A DNA stretch of 43,415 bases. Origin: a virus (lineage: Duplodnaviria; Caudoviricetes). The stretch spans positions 1-43,415 of the IMG/VR virus record IMGVR_UViG_3300032231_000007. One strand, written 5' to 3'. The translations under genes were made by a program, and so were the position numbers. The notes under the pieces are model-generated. The model saw only the letters and a program-made list of their open reading frames with translations, ran no database searches and was not told where the DNA came from. Below, one piece after another: positions 37,233 through 43,415 of this stretch (its first letter is position 1; each line of letters begins with the position of its first letter).

Positions 37233-37301
37233 AAATTAAAGCGTAACTAATTGATATACAGGCCATTGTTCTTTAGTAAATGTGCGTTTAGCCCCTCGTT
37301 A
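37233..37301. repeat. 69 bp repeat of 43249-43317 (3 mismatches): half-site plus truncated MACISISYALI*
   Basis: Direct comparison; identity stops at GTTA. Confidence 0.9.
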
Positions 37302-37304
37302 TAT

Positions 37305-37496
37305 TTAATGCTCTGTTTCTGGTTCACATTTAACATCTTCACTTTCTCCAAAAACTTCATCAATAGTTTGTTTTGTAAATCCGTCTAATTCCATAGCCAA
37401 TCTAAAGGCTCTTTTAATAGCATAAGGATAAACACAGTCTTTTGTATCAATTGTATGTTCTGCTACTTGTTCGTTTTGTTTAATTACTATTTTCAT
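37305..37496 (-). CDS. Cassette hypothetical protein
   Basis: Between GTTATATTT and AAATATAAC (37530-37538). Confidence 0.65.
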   Translation of the reverse strand: MKIVIKQNEQVAEHTIDTKDCVYPYAIKRAFRLAMELDGFTKQTIDEVFGESEDVKCEPETEH

Positions 37497-37531
37497 CTCT
37501 ATAAATTTACTTGTTAATAACCCGCACTAAA

Positions 37532-37595
37532 ATATAACAAAGTGTAAAGTTAACCCTGCGGGTCGCTATCGCTTAACCTTACACAAACGTTATAC
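37532..37595 (+). repeat. attC-like hairpin site
   Basis: Arms 37542-37553 / 37573-37584 pair 11/12; GTT at 37589. Confidence 0.85.
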
Positions 37596-37602
37596 ACAAG
37601 CA

Positions 37603-37893
37603 CTAAAAATTATCGTTCTCGTATAAACTTACCTCAAATCCGTGAGAGAAAAAATCCCCCAGCCCACCCGCGTCAATTACGTACATCATTCCGTAATCTG
37701 GATGCACCAATGTAACTTGTGTTCCATCGTGCCATTTAATATTGTCTCCTGTTGCTCCTATGTGGTCAAGGAAGTACTCCATACTTTGGTTGTTGTCCAT
37801 TTCCATCTCTGGCGCATAGTCAATTATTCTGTACTGGTTTTCTCCTTGTTCAAATAATTCTTTTACTGTGTCTGGTAATTCGTAAGTTGCCAT
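37603..37893 (-). CDS. Cassette hypothetical protein
   Basis: Between GTTATACAC and GTGTATAAC (37944-37952). Confidence 0.7.
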   Translation of the reverse strand: MATYELPDTVKELFEQGENQYRIIDYAPEMEMDNNQSMEYFLDHIGATGDNIKWHDGTQVTLVHPDYGMMYVIDAGGLGDFFSHGFEVSLYENDNF

Positions 37894-37945
37894 CTCTATT
37901 TTTTCTTTTAGTTCGTATTAAAATTCTGTGGTGTAAAGTGCCAGT

Positions 37946-38009
37946 GTATAACAGCAAATCATACCCCATTTGTGAAAAACAAACGGTGCATATTTGCAAA
38001 CCGTTGTAT
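37946..38009 (+). repeat. attC-like hairpin site
   Basis: Arms 37954-37973 / 37979-37997 with one extrahelical C; GTT at 38003. Confidence 0.8.
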
Positions 38010-38036
38010 GCCATTAAAACGGCAAGGGTTTCACCC

Positions 38037-38359
38037 ATACAACAATGCGTATAAGCAATAAACCCTTTTCCAACGCTCATTCAATCACCGTAATAATCTT
38101 CACGTTCAATTATTTTAAACCATTCACTACCATAAGGCAAGGGTATGTCTCTACATAATTGCCTTTTACATTTAGCAATTACTACTTCATTATCGTCATT
38201 TGCATCACAATACACGATTTCTTCGCCTGAATAAGATGCAATTTGGTACTTTACTACACATCTTTGTCTTTGTTCTGTTCCGTACATATCTATTTTATTT
38301 TTAAGTTATTAAAATCCCACGCTTAAAGGGTTTACTGCTCATACGCTCGTCCGTTATGC
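38037..38359 (+). repeat. attC-like site with entire gene in loop
   Basis: Arms 38047-38067 / 38326-38346 pair 19/21 (2 A.C); GTT at 38353. Confidence 0.85.
38081..38287 (-). CDS. Hypothetical protein inside site loop
   Basis: ORF wholly between the arms. Confidence 0.65.
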   Translation of the reverse strand: MYGTEQRQRCVVKYQIASYSGEEIVYCDANDDNEVVIAKCKRQLCRDIPLPYGSEWFKIIEREDYYGD

Positions 38360-38416
38360 TTCATTGCGCCAAAGCATTAAGCCAAATTTGAAATGCAATT
38401 CGTGGCGCAACGAAAA

Positions 38417-38828
38417 GCATAACATGTGGTATAATGCAAAGCTGGTCGGCTCGTTGTAGCAACTGTTCTGTAAACTTGGAACAATTAAAAACAAAAGCCG
38501 ACGCGCCGTTCTAATCACTGTAAAAGTTTCCAGTAAATACATCAAATATATTTTTCATTTTGGTGTACATCTCTGAAACTTCACCTGCTTTTTTAAAAAA
38601 CTCTTTTCTTAATTCTTCTGTTTTCTTTTTAGCTGCAATTTGTCTTTGAACCAATTCATCTTCGTAACTGTAAGCAATATCGAGTTTTGAATTTATGGTT
38701 TTCAAATCCAACTTTGCTTCATAAATTTCAGTTTCTAAAACTTTTAATCTCTCTGTTAGTTCATGTTTTTTATCCATCTCTATTTTTGTTTTTTAATTCG
38801 TAACTAATCTTATTACCATTCGTTAGTG
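38417..38828 (+). repeat. Hybrid attC-like site with entire gene in loop
   Basis: GCATAAC; weak arms TGGTATAA / TTATTACCA; right arm shared with 41413-41456; GTT at 38822. Confidence 0.6.
38511..38777 (-). CDS. Coiled-coil hypothetical protein inside site loop
   Basis: ORF wholly between the arms. Confidence 0.65.
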   Translation of the reverse strand: MDKKHELTERLKVLETEIYEAKLDLKTINSKLDIAYSYEDELVQRQIAAKKKTEELRKEFFKKAGEVSEMYTKMKNIFDVFTGNFYSD

Positions 38829-39095
38829 TTCATTTCTCATAACCAAAATTACATCTCCATCAATAACCGAAGTTGCTGGCTTCATTGTTAATAAGGATTT
38901 GATTTGCTGAATAGCTTGCGAAGATGGCAAGGCATCTAGATAGGTGGCCGCCTGCTCTATGAGCATGAAACGCTCGCTAACATTATCTAAAGCAACATGT
39001 GAGGCTAGTTCCTTTCTAATTGCTACCTTGTAGTCATCTGGGCAGGTGTCCCAATACAATATATTTTCCAGTATTTCTCTTATCTCTTTTTTCAT
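38823..39095 (-). CDS. Cassette protein starting in site loop
   Basis: Reads through AAC box as ...LDNVSER...; stop overlaps GTT box. Confidence 0.7.
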   Translation of the reverse strand: MKKEIREILENILYWDTCPDDYKVAIRKELASHVALDNVSERFMLIEQAATYLDALPSSQAIQQIKSLLTMKPATSVIDGDVILVMRNEH

Positions 39096-39145
39096 ATCAT
39101 CGTTATTTAAACCGCCTCAAACGTTGTTTAGCCTTGTGGTTGTAG
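38975..39145 (+). repeat. attC-like hairpin site containing a gene start
   Basis: Arms 38987-39005 / 39114-39131; GTT at 39139. Confidence 0.8.
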
Positions 39146-39151
39146 GTAATA

Positions 39152-39379
39152 CTACTCAATTGCTTTAATTATAGTATTCATGGCTTCAATTACATTTGGT
39201 CGCTTATCAAATTCATGCTCTGTTTCAAGTAAATCGTTAAGCAATTTAGATAAATAATCTTTTCGAGCTTCTTTTGTCATGCAGTCGTAAGTGATAAACT
39301 CAATTAACTCTTTTCGCTCATCATGCCCAAAGCTATACTCAACTACTTCTTTAATATTAATGCTAAAATTGTATTTCAT
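39152..39379 (-). CDS. Cassette hypothetical protein
   Basis: Between GTTGTAG and CTACAAC (39413-39419). Confidence 0.65.
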   Translation of the reverse strand: MKYNFSINIKEVVEYSFGHDERKELIEFITYDCMTKEARKDYLSKLLNDLLETEHEFDKRPNVIEAMNTIIKAIE

Positions 39380-39412
39380 AATCGTTAATTTAATTAGTTA
39401 ATAATGTACTGG

Positions 39413-39479
39413 CTACAACACTATGTCATACGCCATATTCCGCTGCGCTCCATACGGACGCATACATTTAACGTTAGGC
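39413..39479 (+). repeat. attC-like hairpin site
   Basis: ATGT(C)ATACGCCATAT / ATACGGACGCATACAT with extrahelical bases; GTT at 39473. Confidence 0.8.
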
Positions 39480-39689
39480 TTCATTTGCCAACCCACGCCT
39501 ATGAAAATCATCCTGTATCATAAATTCAGTAGTCAATATATCCCCATTGCTTATTTGTAGTTGAAATTTGTTGCAGTATTTCAATCTAATGAGCCGTATA
39601 ATTTTACCACCTTTTCTTCCAAATTTATCAGTCCATTTAGGAATACTTTCTCCTAATCTGAATCCATAAAGTTTCTTTGTACGTGTCAT
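39474..39689 (-). CDS. Cassette hypothetical protein (start likely MTRTKK)
   Basis: Between GTTAGGCTT and AAGCCTAAC (39722-39730). Confidence 0.6.
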   Translation of the reverse strand: MTRTKKLYGFRLGESIPKWTDKFGRKGGKIIRLIRLKYCNKFQLQISNGDILTTEFMIQDDFHRRGLANEA

Positions 39690-39723
39690 AATCTTGTTTT
39701 TTATTCCACCCCACAAAACGAAA

Positions 39724-39856
39724 GCCTAACAATGTATAAAAATAATAGGCGGTTTCTGCGTGTAGGTAGTTTATATTCATTTAATTAACTTTATCTGTTA
39801 TCGAAGTTCAGCGTTTTAAACCGTTAAAATTTCTCTACATACACTTGTCGTTAGCG
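39724..39856 (+). repeat. attC-like hairpin site (imperfect arms)
   Basis: GCCTAAC-AATGTA ... TACAT-N-GTT at 39850. Confidence 0.65.
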
Positions 39857-40102
39857 CACATTAAGCACGCCATCAATCCATTGTTTAAGTGGTTCTCCAC
39901 TACCAACTACTTTGTGATTTATCCAAAATCTACCGTCTTTGTCGGCTACTATCTCATAATCATTACCTTCAACACATTCACCGAGAGAAGATGATAAACG
40001 TGCGCTAACGTCAGCTAAAACACATAATTGGTCTATCGCTTCCGTTAAGTCTTTAGTTCCTGCAATCGCTTGTACTACTATTTGCCTTATTTGGTCTCTC
40101 AT
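39851..40102 (-). CDS. Cassette protein starting in site loop (start likely MRDQIR)
   Basis: GTTAGCGCAC / GTGCGCTAAC ends; reads through as ...LADVSAR... Confidence 0.7.
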   Translation of the reverse strand: MRDQIRQIVVQAIAGTKDLTEAIDQLCVLADVSARLSSSLGECVEGNDYEIVADKDGRFWINHKVVGSGEPLKQWIDGVLNVR

Positions 40103-40131
40103 AATTACGTTTTTTAGCTTTATCATTATAA
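40003..40131 (+). repeat. attC-like site with ATT in place of the GTT box
   Basis: Arms 40013-40029 / 40103-40119 pair 15/17; ATTATAAACAAT at 40125. Confidence 0.7.
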
Positions 40132-40135
40132 ACAA

Positions 40136-40294
40136 TTAAAACATTATTTTTCTGCTTTCAGGTAGCTTATCTAATTCTTTATAACAATCAACACATTCAA
40201 ACTTTCCGTTCGATTTGCCAATTAAGTATTTATGCTTGCAAGCAGGTTGCTTTTTTATCTTCTGTTCTTTTTCGTATTCTTCTATTAATCCCAT
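40136..40294 (-). CDS. 52 aa Zn-ribbon protein (not in ORF track)
   Basis: CKH...CVDC. Confidence 0.5.
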   Translation of the reverse strand: MGLIEEYEKEQKIKKQPACKHKYLIGKSNGKFECVDCYKELDKLPESRKIMF

Positions 40295-40355
40295 GTTTCA
40301 ACTATTAATAATAATGTTTATAATTAACTTCTTTCTGTGTCTTTTCCATTATTAT

Positions 40356-41174
40356 TTAGTTTTTGTAATTTAATTTATCTTGTACTTCTTTTTTTACCCT
40401 CTCATAGCCAGCCTTTATCTCCCTTATTTCTCTATCTTTTTTTATTTGCTCTTCTTTGGTCTCCTTGTTCGGCTTAATTGATATTGAAGCTTTCAAGTCA
40501 TGGCAATAATTATATCCGTCAAGTTTTTCAAGCAATCCGGTAATATCTTTTTTTCGGTACTTTTTTTCTGTGACTTGCATGTAGGCTTCTAAATTCTTTT
40601 TTTGATCTCCTGGGTTCTTGCCTACAAGCCACCTCCTTACATCGGCCTCGATAATGTGAGTTGTAGGGTTACCCCTTACGTAGACCTTCCCAAGATAAGC
40701 AAAAGCTGATAAAAGGAAATCTTCAAAATTATTGTGATTTATTAAGTCTTCGCTGGTTATATTGTTATTTGTTATATTGTTAGATTGTTTATCTATACTA
40801 CCATTGCTTTGACTATTGGATCGTGTTTGCTTTGACGCATGGTTTATAAATGCTTTGTCGAGTGCTTTGTCGCTTTTTGGCATTGCACTTGCTAGGCTTA
40901 TGATGTTTGCAGAGTATTGATTTGTTGACTTTTGAACCAATTCAATGAAGCCCCACTCTACTAAATCGTTAAAATATTTTATGTACGTTTGATGCCTTTT
41001 TATTCCTATCGCATCCATTGTCATTTGACTTGGGAACCCGAACTTTTTGCGCCACCCCAATCTATTATTATGCTCTATTGCAAAGAAATAGATTGCCGTA
41101 TGATTAGGGCTTATCTTTTCTGGATTGTCAAAACTCCAATCAAACCATGCTCTAGAAAGTTCGTACCCAGTCAT
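40356..41174 (-). CDS. Replication initiator/replisome organiser
   Basis: N-terminal winged-HTH-like (NRLGW..KF...L.EWGFI) plus low-complexity S/K/N linker carrying DNA repeats. Confidence 0.7.
   Translation of the reverse strand: MTGYELSRAWFDWSFDNPEKISPNHTAIYFFAIEHNNRLGWRKKFGFPSQMTMDAIGIKRHQTYIKYFNDLVEWGFIELVQKSTNQYSANIISLASAMPKSDKALDKAFINHASKQTRSNSQSNGSIDKQSNNITNNNITSEDLINHNNFEDFLLSAFAYLGKVYVRGNPTTHIIEADVRRWLVGKNPGDQKKNLEAYMQVTEKKYRKKDITGLLEKLDGYNYCHDLKASISIKPNKETKEEQIKKDREIREIKAGYERVKKEVQDKLNYKN
40755..40871. other. Putative replication origin
   Basis: TGCTTTGWC at 40805, 40828, 40851 and 40863 next to AT-rich TTGTTA repeats. Confidence 0.55.
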
Positions 41175-41193
41175 TATTTTATTTCATGTTTAT

Positions 41194-41222
41194 GTAAATG
41201 TGCGGTTAGCCCCTTGTTAGCA
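41194..41222 (+). repeat. Half-site at array entry
   Basis: GTAAATGTGCGGTTAGCCCCTTGTTA identical to 43292-43317. Confidence 0.85.
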
Positions 41223-41237
41223 CACAATTAAAAAAGC

Positions 41238-41469
41238 AGGTAACACGTAATAAAATTAATTACTACATTTCTGCTTTTCACTCCAATATTTAGCAAATTC
41301 TATACTCCTTCTCATATGCGAGAAACTTTTATAGTTATGGTCGCCTTTAGGGTGTTTTGCTAACCAAATATTGTACGCTCGTTCCATTAATCTAAATTCT
41401 TCTTTATCCATTGTTTTTGTTTTTTAATTCGCAACTAATCTTATTACCATTCGTTACCATTCGTTAGCA
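41238..41469 (+). repeat. attC-like site with small gene in loop and doubled GTT box
   Basis: Arms 41247-41263 / 41431-41447 pair 14/17 (3 A.C); TTACCATTCG duplicated; GTT at 41453 and 41463. Confidence 0.8.
41256..41411 (-). CDS. 51 aa protein in site loop (not in ORF track)
   Basis: MDKEEFRLMERAYNIWLAKH...; leader shared with gene starting at 38777. Confidence 0.55.
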   Translation of the reverse strand: MDKEEFRLMERAYNIWLAKHPKGDHNYKSFSHMRRSIEFAKYWSEKQKCSN

Positions 41470-41691
41470 TTAATTATGCTCTCCATTTATTATATAAGTG
41501 TCGCAGTTATGGCAATGTTTAGTTATTAATTTAGCTTCGTTCTCGTTACATATCTCGCATAACTTCCCTTCGTTATTGCTAACACTAAATAAAACACATA
41601 TTAAGTCGTGTGCTTGATGTTTAGTTAGCTCTCTATTATCTAAGTCTGTTAATATACTTTTAAGTTGTTCTATATTTTTCTTTTGCATCAT
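41470..41691 (-). CDS. Cassette Zn-ribbon protein (start likely MMQKK)
   Basis: GTTAGCATTAA / TTATTGCTAAC ends; ...LFSVSNN...; CEIC..CHNC. Confidence 0.65.
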   Translation of the reverse strand: MMQKKNIEQLKSILTDLDNRELTKHQAHDLICVLFSVSNNEGKLCEICNENEAKLITKHCHNCDTYIINGEHN

Positions 41692-41892
41692 ATCGTAAGT
41701 GGCATAATTGGCATGGTTACTTTTCAATTATCTCTTTTAGCCAAAAAAATGCTCTTTCTTTAGCATCATAATCTGATAAAGCATTTTTAACAAAAATATT
41801 GCCTTTTTTATCAGAACCTTTTATATTGAAAGACACTTTATGTTCTCCATTCTCAAAAGAAACACTTGTTTTTTCTATAAATTCACTTAAAT

Positions 41893-42105
41893 TCATCTGT
41901 TTATTTTTTCTGCATTAAACCCTATATATACTGAGTTAAAGTTCAATTTCTTTTTAGCTAACTTAATAAAACATTGAGGGCAGATATTATCTTTATGGTT
42001 ATCGCATATCTCATTCCAAAGTTCGGTTGATGTTCCCCAGGGAATATTATCATTTCCGCATTTCCCGCATTTTTCTGTTTTTAAAAATCTCTCTTCTATT
42101 TTCAT
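41893..42105 (-). CDS. Zn-finger hypothetical protein
   Basis: CGKC...W...LW...ICPQCF. Confidence 0.6.
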   Translation of the reverse strand: MKIEERFLKTEKCGKCGNDNIPWGTSTELWNEICDNHKDNICPQCFIKLAKKKLNFNSVYIGFNAEKINR

Positions 42106-42136
42106 TCGCCTACTAAATACTGAGTACCTGTTTTTA

Positions 42137-42275
42137 AAAGAAAAAACCCTTTAGCAGATCAATCCGGCCTTCACTCCGAACGTCACCACTAAAGGGTTTA
42201 CGAATATCATAATAGAAATCTAATGTGAAGGACAATTCCATAATCAAAGTTAATCATTTTCCTGACAAATCCAAA
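42137..42275 (-). promoter_or_regulatory. Promoter followed by structured leader and terminator
   Basis: TTTG-N19-TAACTTTG (42245-42275); CCTTCAC/GTGAAGG pairing alternative to AAACCCTTTAG/CTAAAGGGTTT terminator stem. Confidence 0.65.
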
Positions 42276-42291
42276 TTGTTTTCAAATAAAT

Positions 42292-42885
42292 CTACCCCCA
42301 CTGCTCGGCAATAGCCTTTGCAATTCCATGGTAAGTTTTGCTTCTTAATTTTGCCCGATCCTTTGTCTTTGGTAATAAGTGCATTCTTTGGTGTCTCCCT
42401 TCTACAATATTCGTAGGCTCTAATCTTGGTAGGTTTCTAAGCCATAAGCAAGTCGCTTTCGTTTCACCGTGGCCAAACATCCAAGGTTGTAAAACTTGGT
42501 CAGGTTTTCTAAATCGGCTACTCATTACACCTATTGGGTTCTCAATACTCACTTTTATTATTTTACAATTGTATAGTTTCATAAAAAAATAAATAGCTTT
42601 TTCTCTCGCTTCTCTTCTTTCGGCACCTACCAAAACACCACTTTTCCTTGGTGGCATATCCTTGTACCATTTGTTGGCACTTATAGTTAAGTATGTACAA
42701 TCAGGGAAGAATATTCCCATATCCCATTCTTTTAAATCTATTGCCTGGAATACATCCATTTTTAAATGCCATTCAGGATGACCTCCGCTACATTCAATTA
42801 AATCGCATGAATAAGCCTCGTGCCCTCGTTTTCTTAGTTCTATTGTTACCGCTTGGCTTTCTTCACAGCCTACTAATATTTTCAT
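42292..42885 (-). CDS. Short phage-type DNA cytosine methyltransferase
   Basis: LVGCEESQ, SCDL, FPDCTYL, IENP, QPWMFGH..KATCLW, RSKT. Confidence 0.8.
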   Translation of the reverse strand: MKILVGCEESQAVTIELRKRGHEAYSCDLIECSGGHPEWHLKMDVFQAIDLKEWDMGIFFPDCTYLTISANKWYKDMPPRKSGVLVGAERREAREKAIYFFMKLYNCKIIKVSIENPIGVMSSRFRKPDQVLQPWMFGHGETKATCLWLRNLPRLEPTNIVEGRHQRMHLLPKTKDRAKLRSKTYHGIAKAIAEQWG

Positions 42886-43064
42886 AAATAAAATACTTTA
42901 TATTTTCCCTTGCCGCTGCCCTCCCATCTTTCTTTAATATCTAACCCCCTTCTGAGCTCGTGGATTCTGCCAGTAAGCCGGATTATACCCATTTTAAACC
43001 CGTCCATTGATGTTAATTCATGGCCTAATAATAATCTCGATTTAATTTTCTCTGCTTGCGTCAT
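42882..43064 (-). CDS. Small HTH protein
   Basis: LTSMDG..MGI.RL..RIHELR. Confidence 0.65.
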   Translation of the reverse strand: MTQAEKIKSRLLLGHELTSMDGFKMGIIRLTGRIHELRRGLDIKERWEGSGKGKYKVFYL

Positions 43065-43282
43065 CAGAATGGTTTTTCGTTTATTTTGATTAATTCTTTT
43101 CGTAGTTTATTTAAAGTTACAAATTTTCCTTTAATGCAGTAACCTAACGAGCCTCCATTATAGCACTTCTTTAACTGTCTGCCAGTTCTTAAATTAAACA
43201 ACTTCCCGCACTTTGACCATTGATAATAATTATAGTCTTTGTGCTGCCAAATTAAAGCGTAACTAATTGATATACAAGCCAT
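43064..43282 (-). CDS. Hypothetical protein (NUMOD4-like pattern)
   Basis: YQWSKCGKLFNLRTGRQLK...GY. Confidence 0.55.
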   Translation of the reverse strand: MACISISYALIWQHKDYNYYQWSKCGKLFNLRTGRQLKKCYNGGSLGYCIKGKFVTLNKLRKELIKINEKPF

Positions 43283-43312
43283 TGTTCTTTAGTAAATGTG
43301 CGGTTAGCCCCT

Positions 43313-43415
43313 TGTTACCCGTAATGCTAAATAACTTTTGTGCCATTACATACATCACAGGTAAATGAAGTTGCTGAGCTTGTCCATTGGTCTACGTCAC
43401 CTGCTACCCCCGGTG
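43313..43415. repeat. Exact copy of 26799-26901 (left part of duplicated cassette unit)
   Basis: Identity begins one base before the GTT box at 43314 and runs to the window end. Confidence 0.97.

Larger units (their letters stand above)
37298..40131. mobile_element. Largest integron-like cassette array (8 units)
   Basis: GTT boxes at 37298, 37589, 38003, 38353, 38822, 39139, 39473 and 39850, each with a complementary AAC box (weak match for 38822) and a hairpin. Confidence 0.85.
1..43415 (-). mobile_element. Near-complete tailed dsDNA phage genome (siphovirus-like, probable Bacteroidota host)
   Basis: Contiguous terminase, portal, capsid, tape measure, tail, lysis and replication genes, all on the minus strand; no host housekeeping genes; Bacteroidota-type promoter boxes. 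Confidence 0.93.

Noticed and set aside
37850-38080. Minus-strand ORFs 37850-38080 and 38354-38545
   Set aside because: They run across hairpin sites and mini-bodies and overlap better genes; likely incidental
37298-40131. CRISPR array
   Set aside because: Sites differ in sequence and length, spacings are gene-sized, and no cas genes are present
1-43415. Complete integron (intI/attI/Pc) or lysogeny integrase
   Set aside because: No ORF on either strand shows the R-H-R-H/W-Y tyrosine recombinase or serine recombinase motifs; the roughly 137 bp inferred gap is too small to hide one
1-43415. tRNA or rRNA genes
   Set aside because: No cloverleaf or T-loop consensus recognised by eye; tRNAscan-SE would be needed to exclude them formally

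Overview
This is a near-complete, AT-rich, long-tailed dsDNA phage genome of about 43.5 kb. The host is probably a Bacteroidota/Flavobacteriia cell, judged from TTTG/CTTG-N19-20-TAnnTTT(G/A) promoters and A-rich leaders. All credible genes are on the minus strand. Recognisable modules are: terminase-portal-scaffold-capsid-neck-tape measure-tail tip-tail tube (25972 to 7149); lysis (CHAP endolysin, u-spanin candidate, holin-like proteins); a Bet/RecT recombinase; SNF2 plus IbrA/IbrB-like genes; a replication initiator with iterons; a cytosine methyltransferase; and DUF1064 and HNH nucleases. No integrase or other site-specific recombinase was recognised. The striking feature is that the small accessory genes sit in five arrays of integron-like cassettes (43314-end joined to 1-1841, 26800-27622, 29893-31432, 37298-40131, 41216-41583). 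They are separated by about 19 complete and several partial attC-like hairpin sites (AAC box - arm - loop - arm - GTT box). Most cassette bodies have self-complementary 7-10 bp ends, and one unit occurs twice with identity ending at the GTT boxes. Unlike textbook integrons, the genes run antisense to the sites. Many genes start inside the hairpin loop and read through the AAC box as an in-frame Val codon, and some loops contain an entire gene next to a gene-less mini-body. The two window ends lie in the duplicated unit, which suggests a circular or permuted genome missing about 137 bp. All product calls come from motifs and synteny read by eye; no searches were run.
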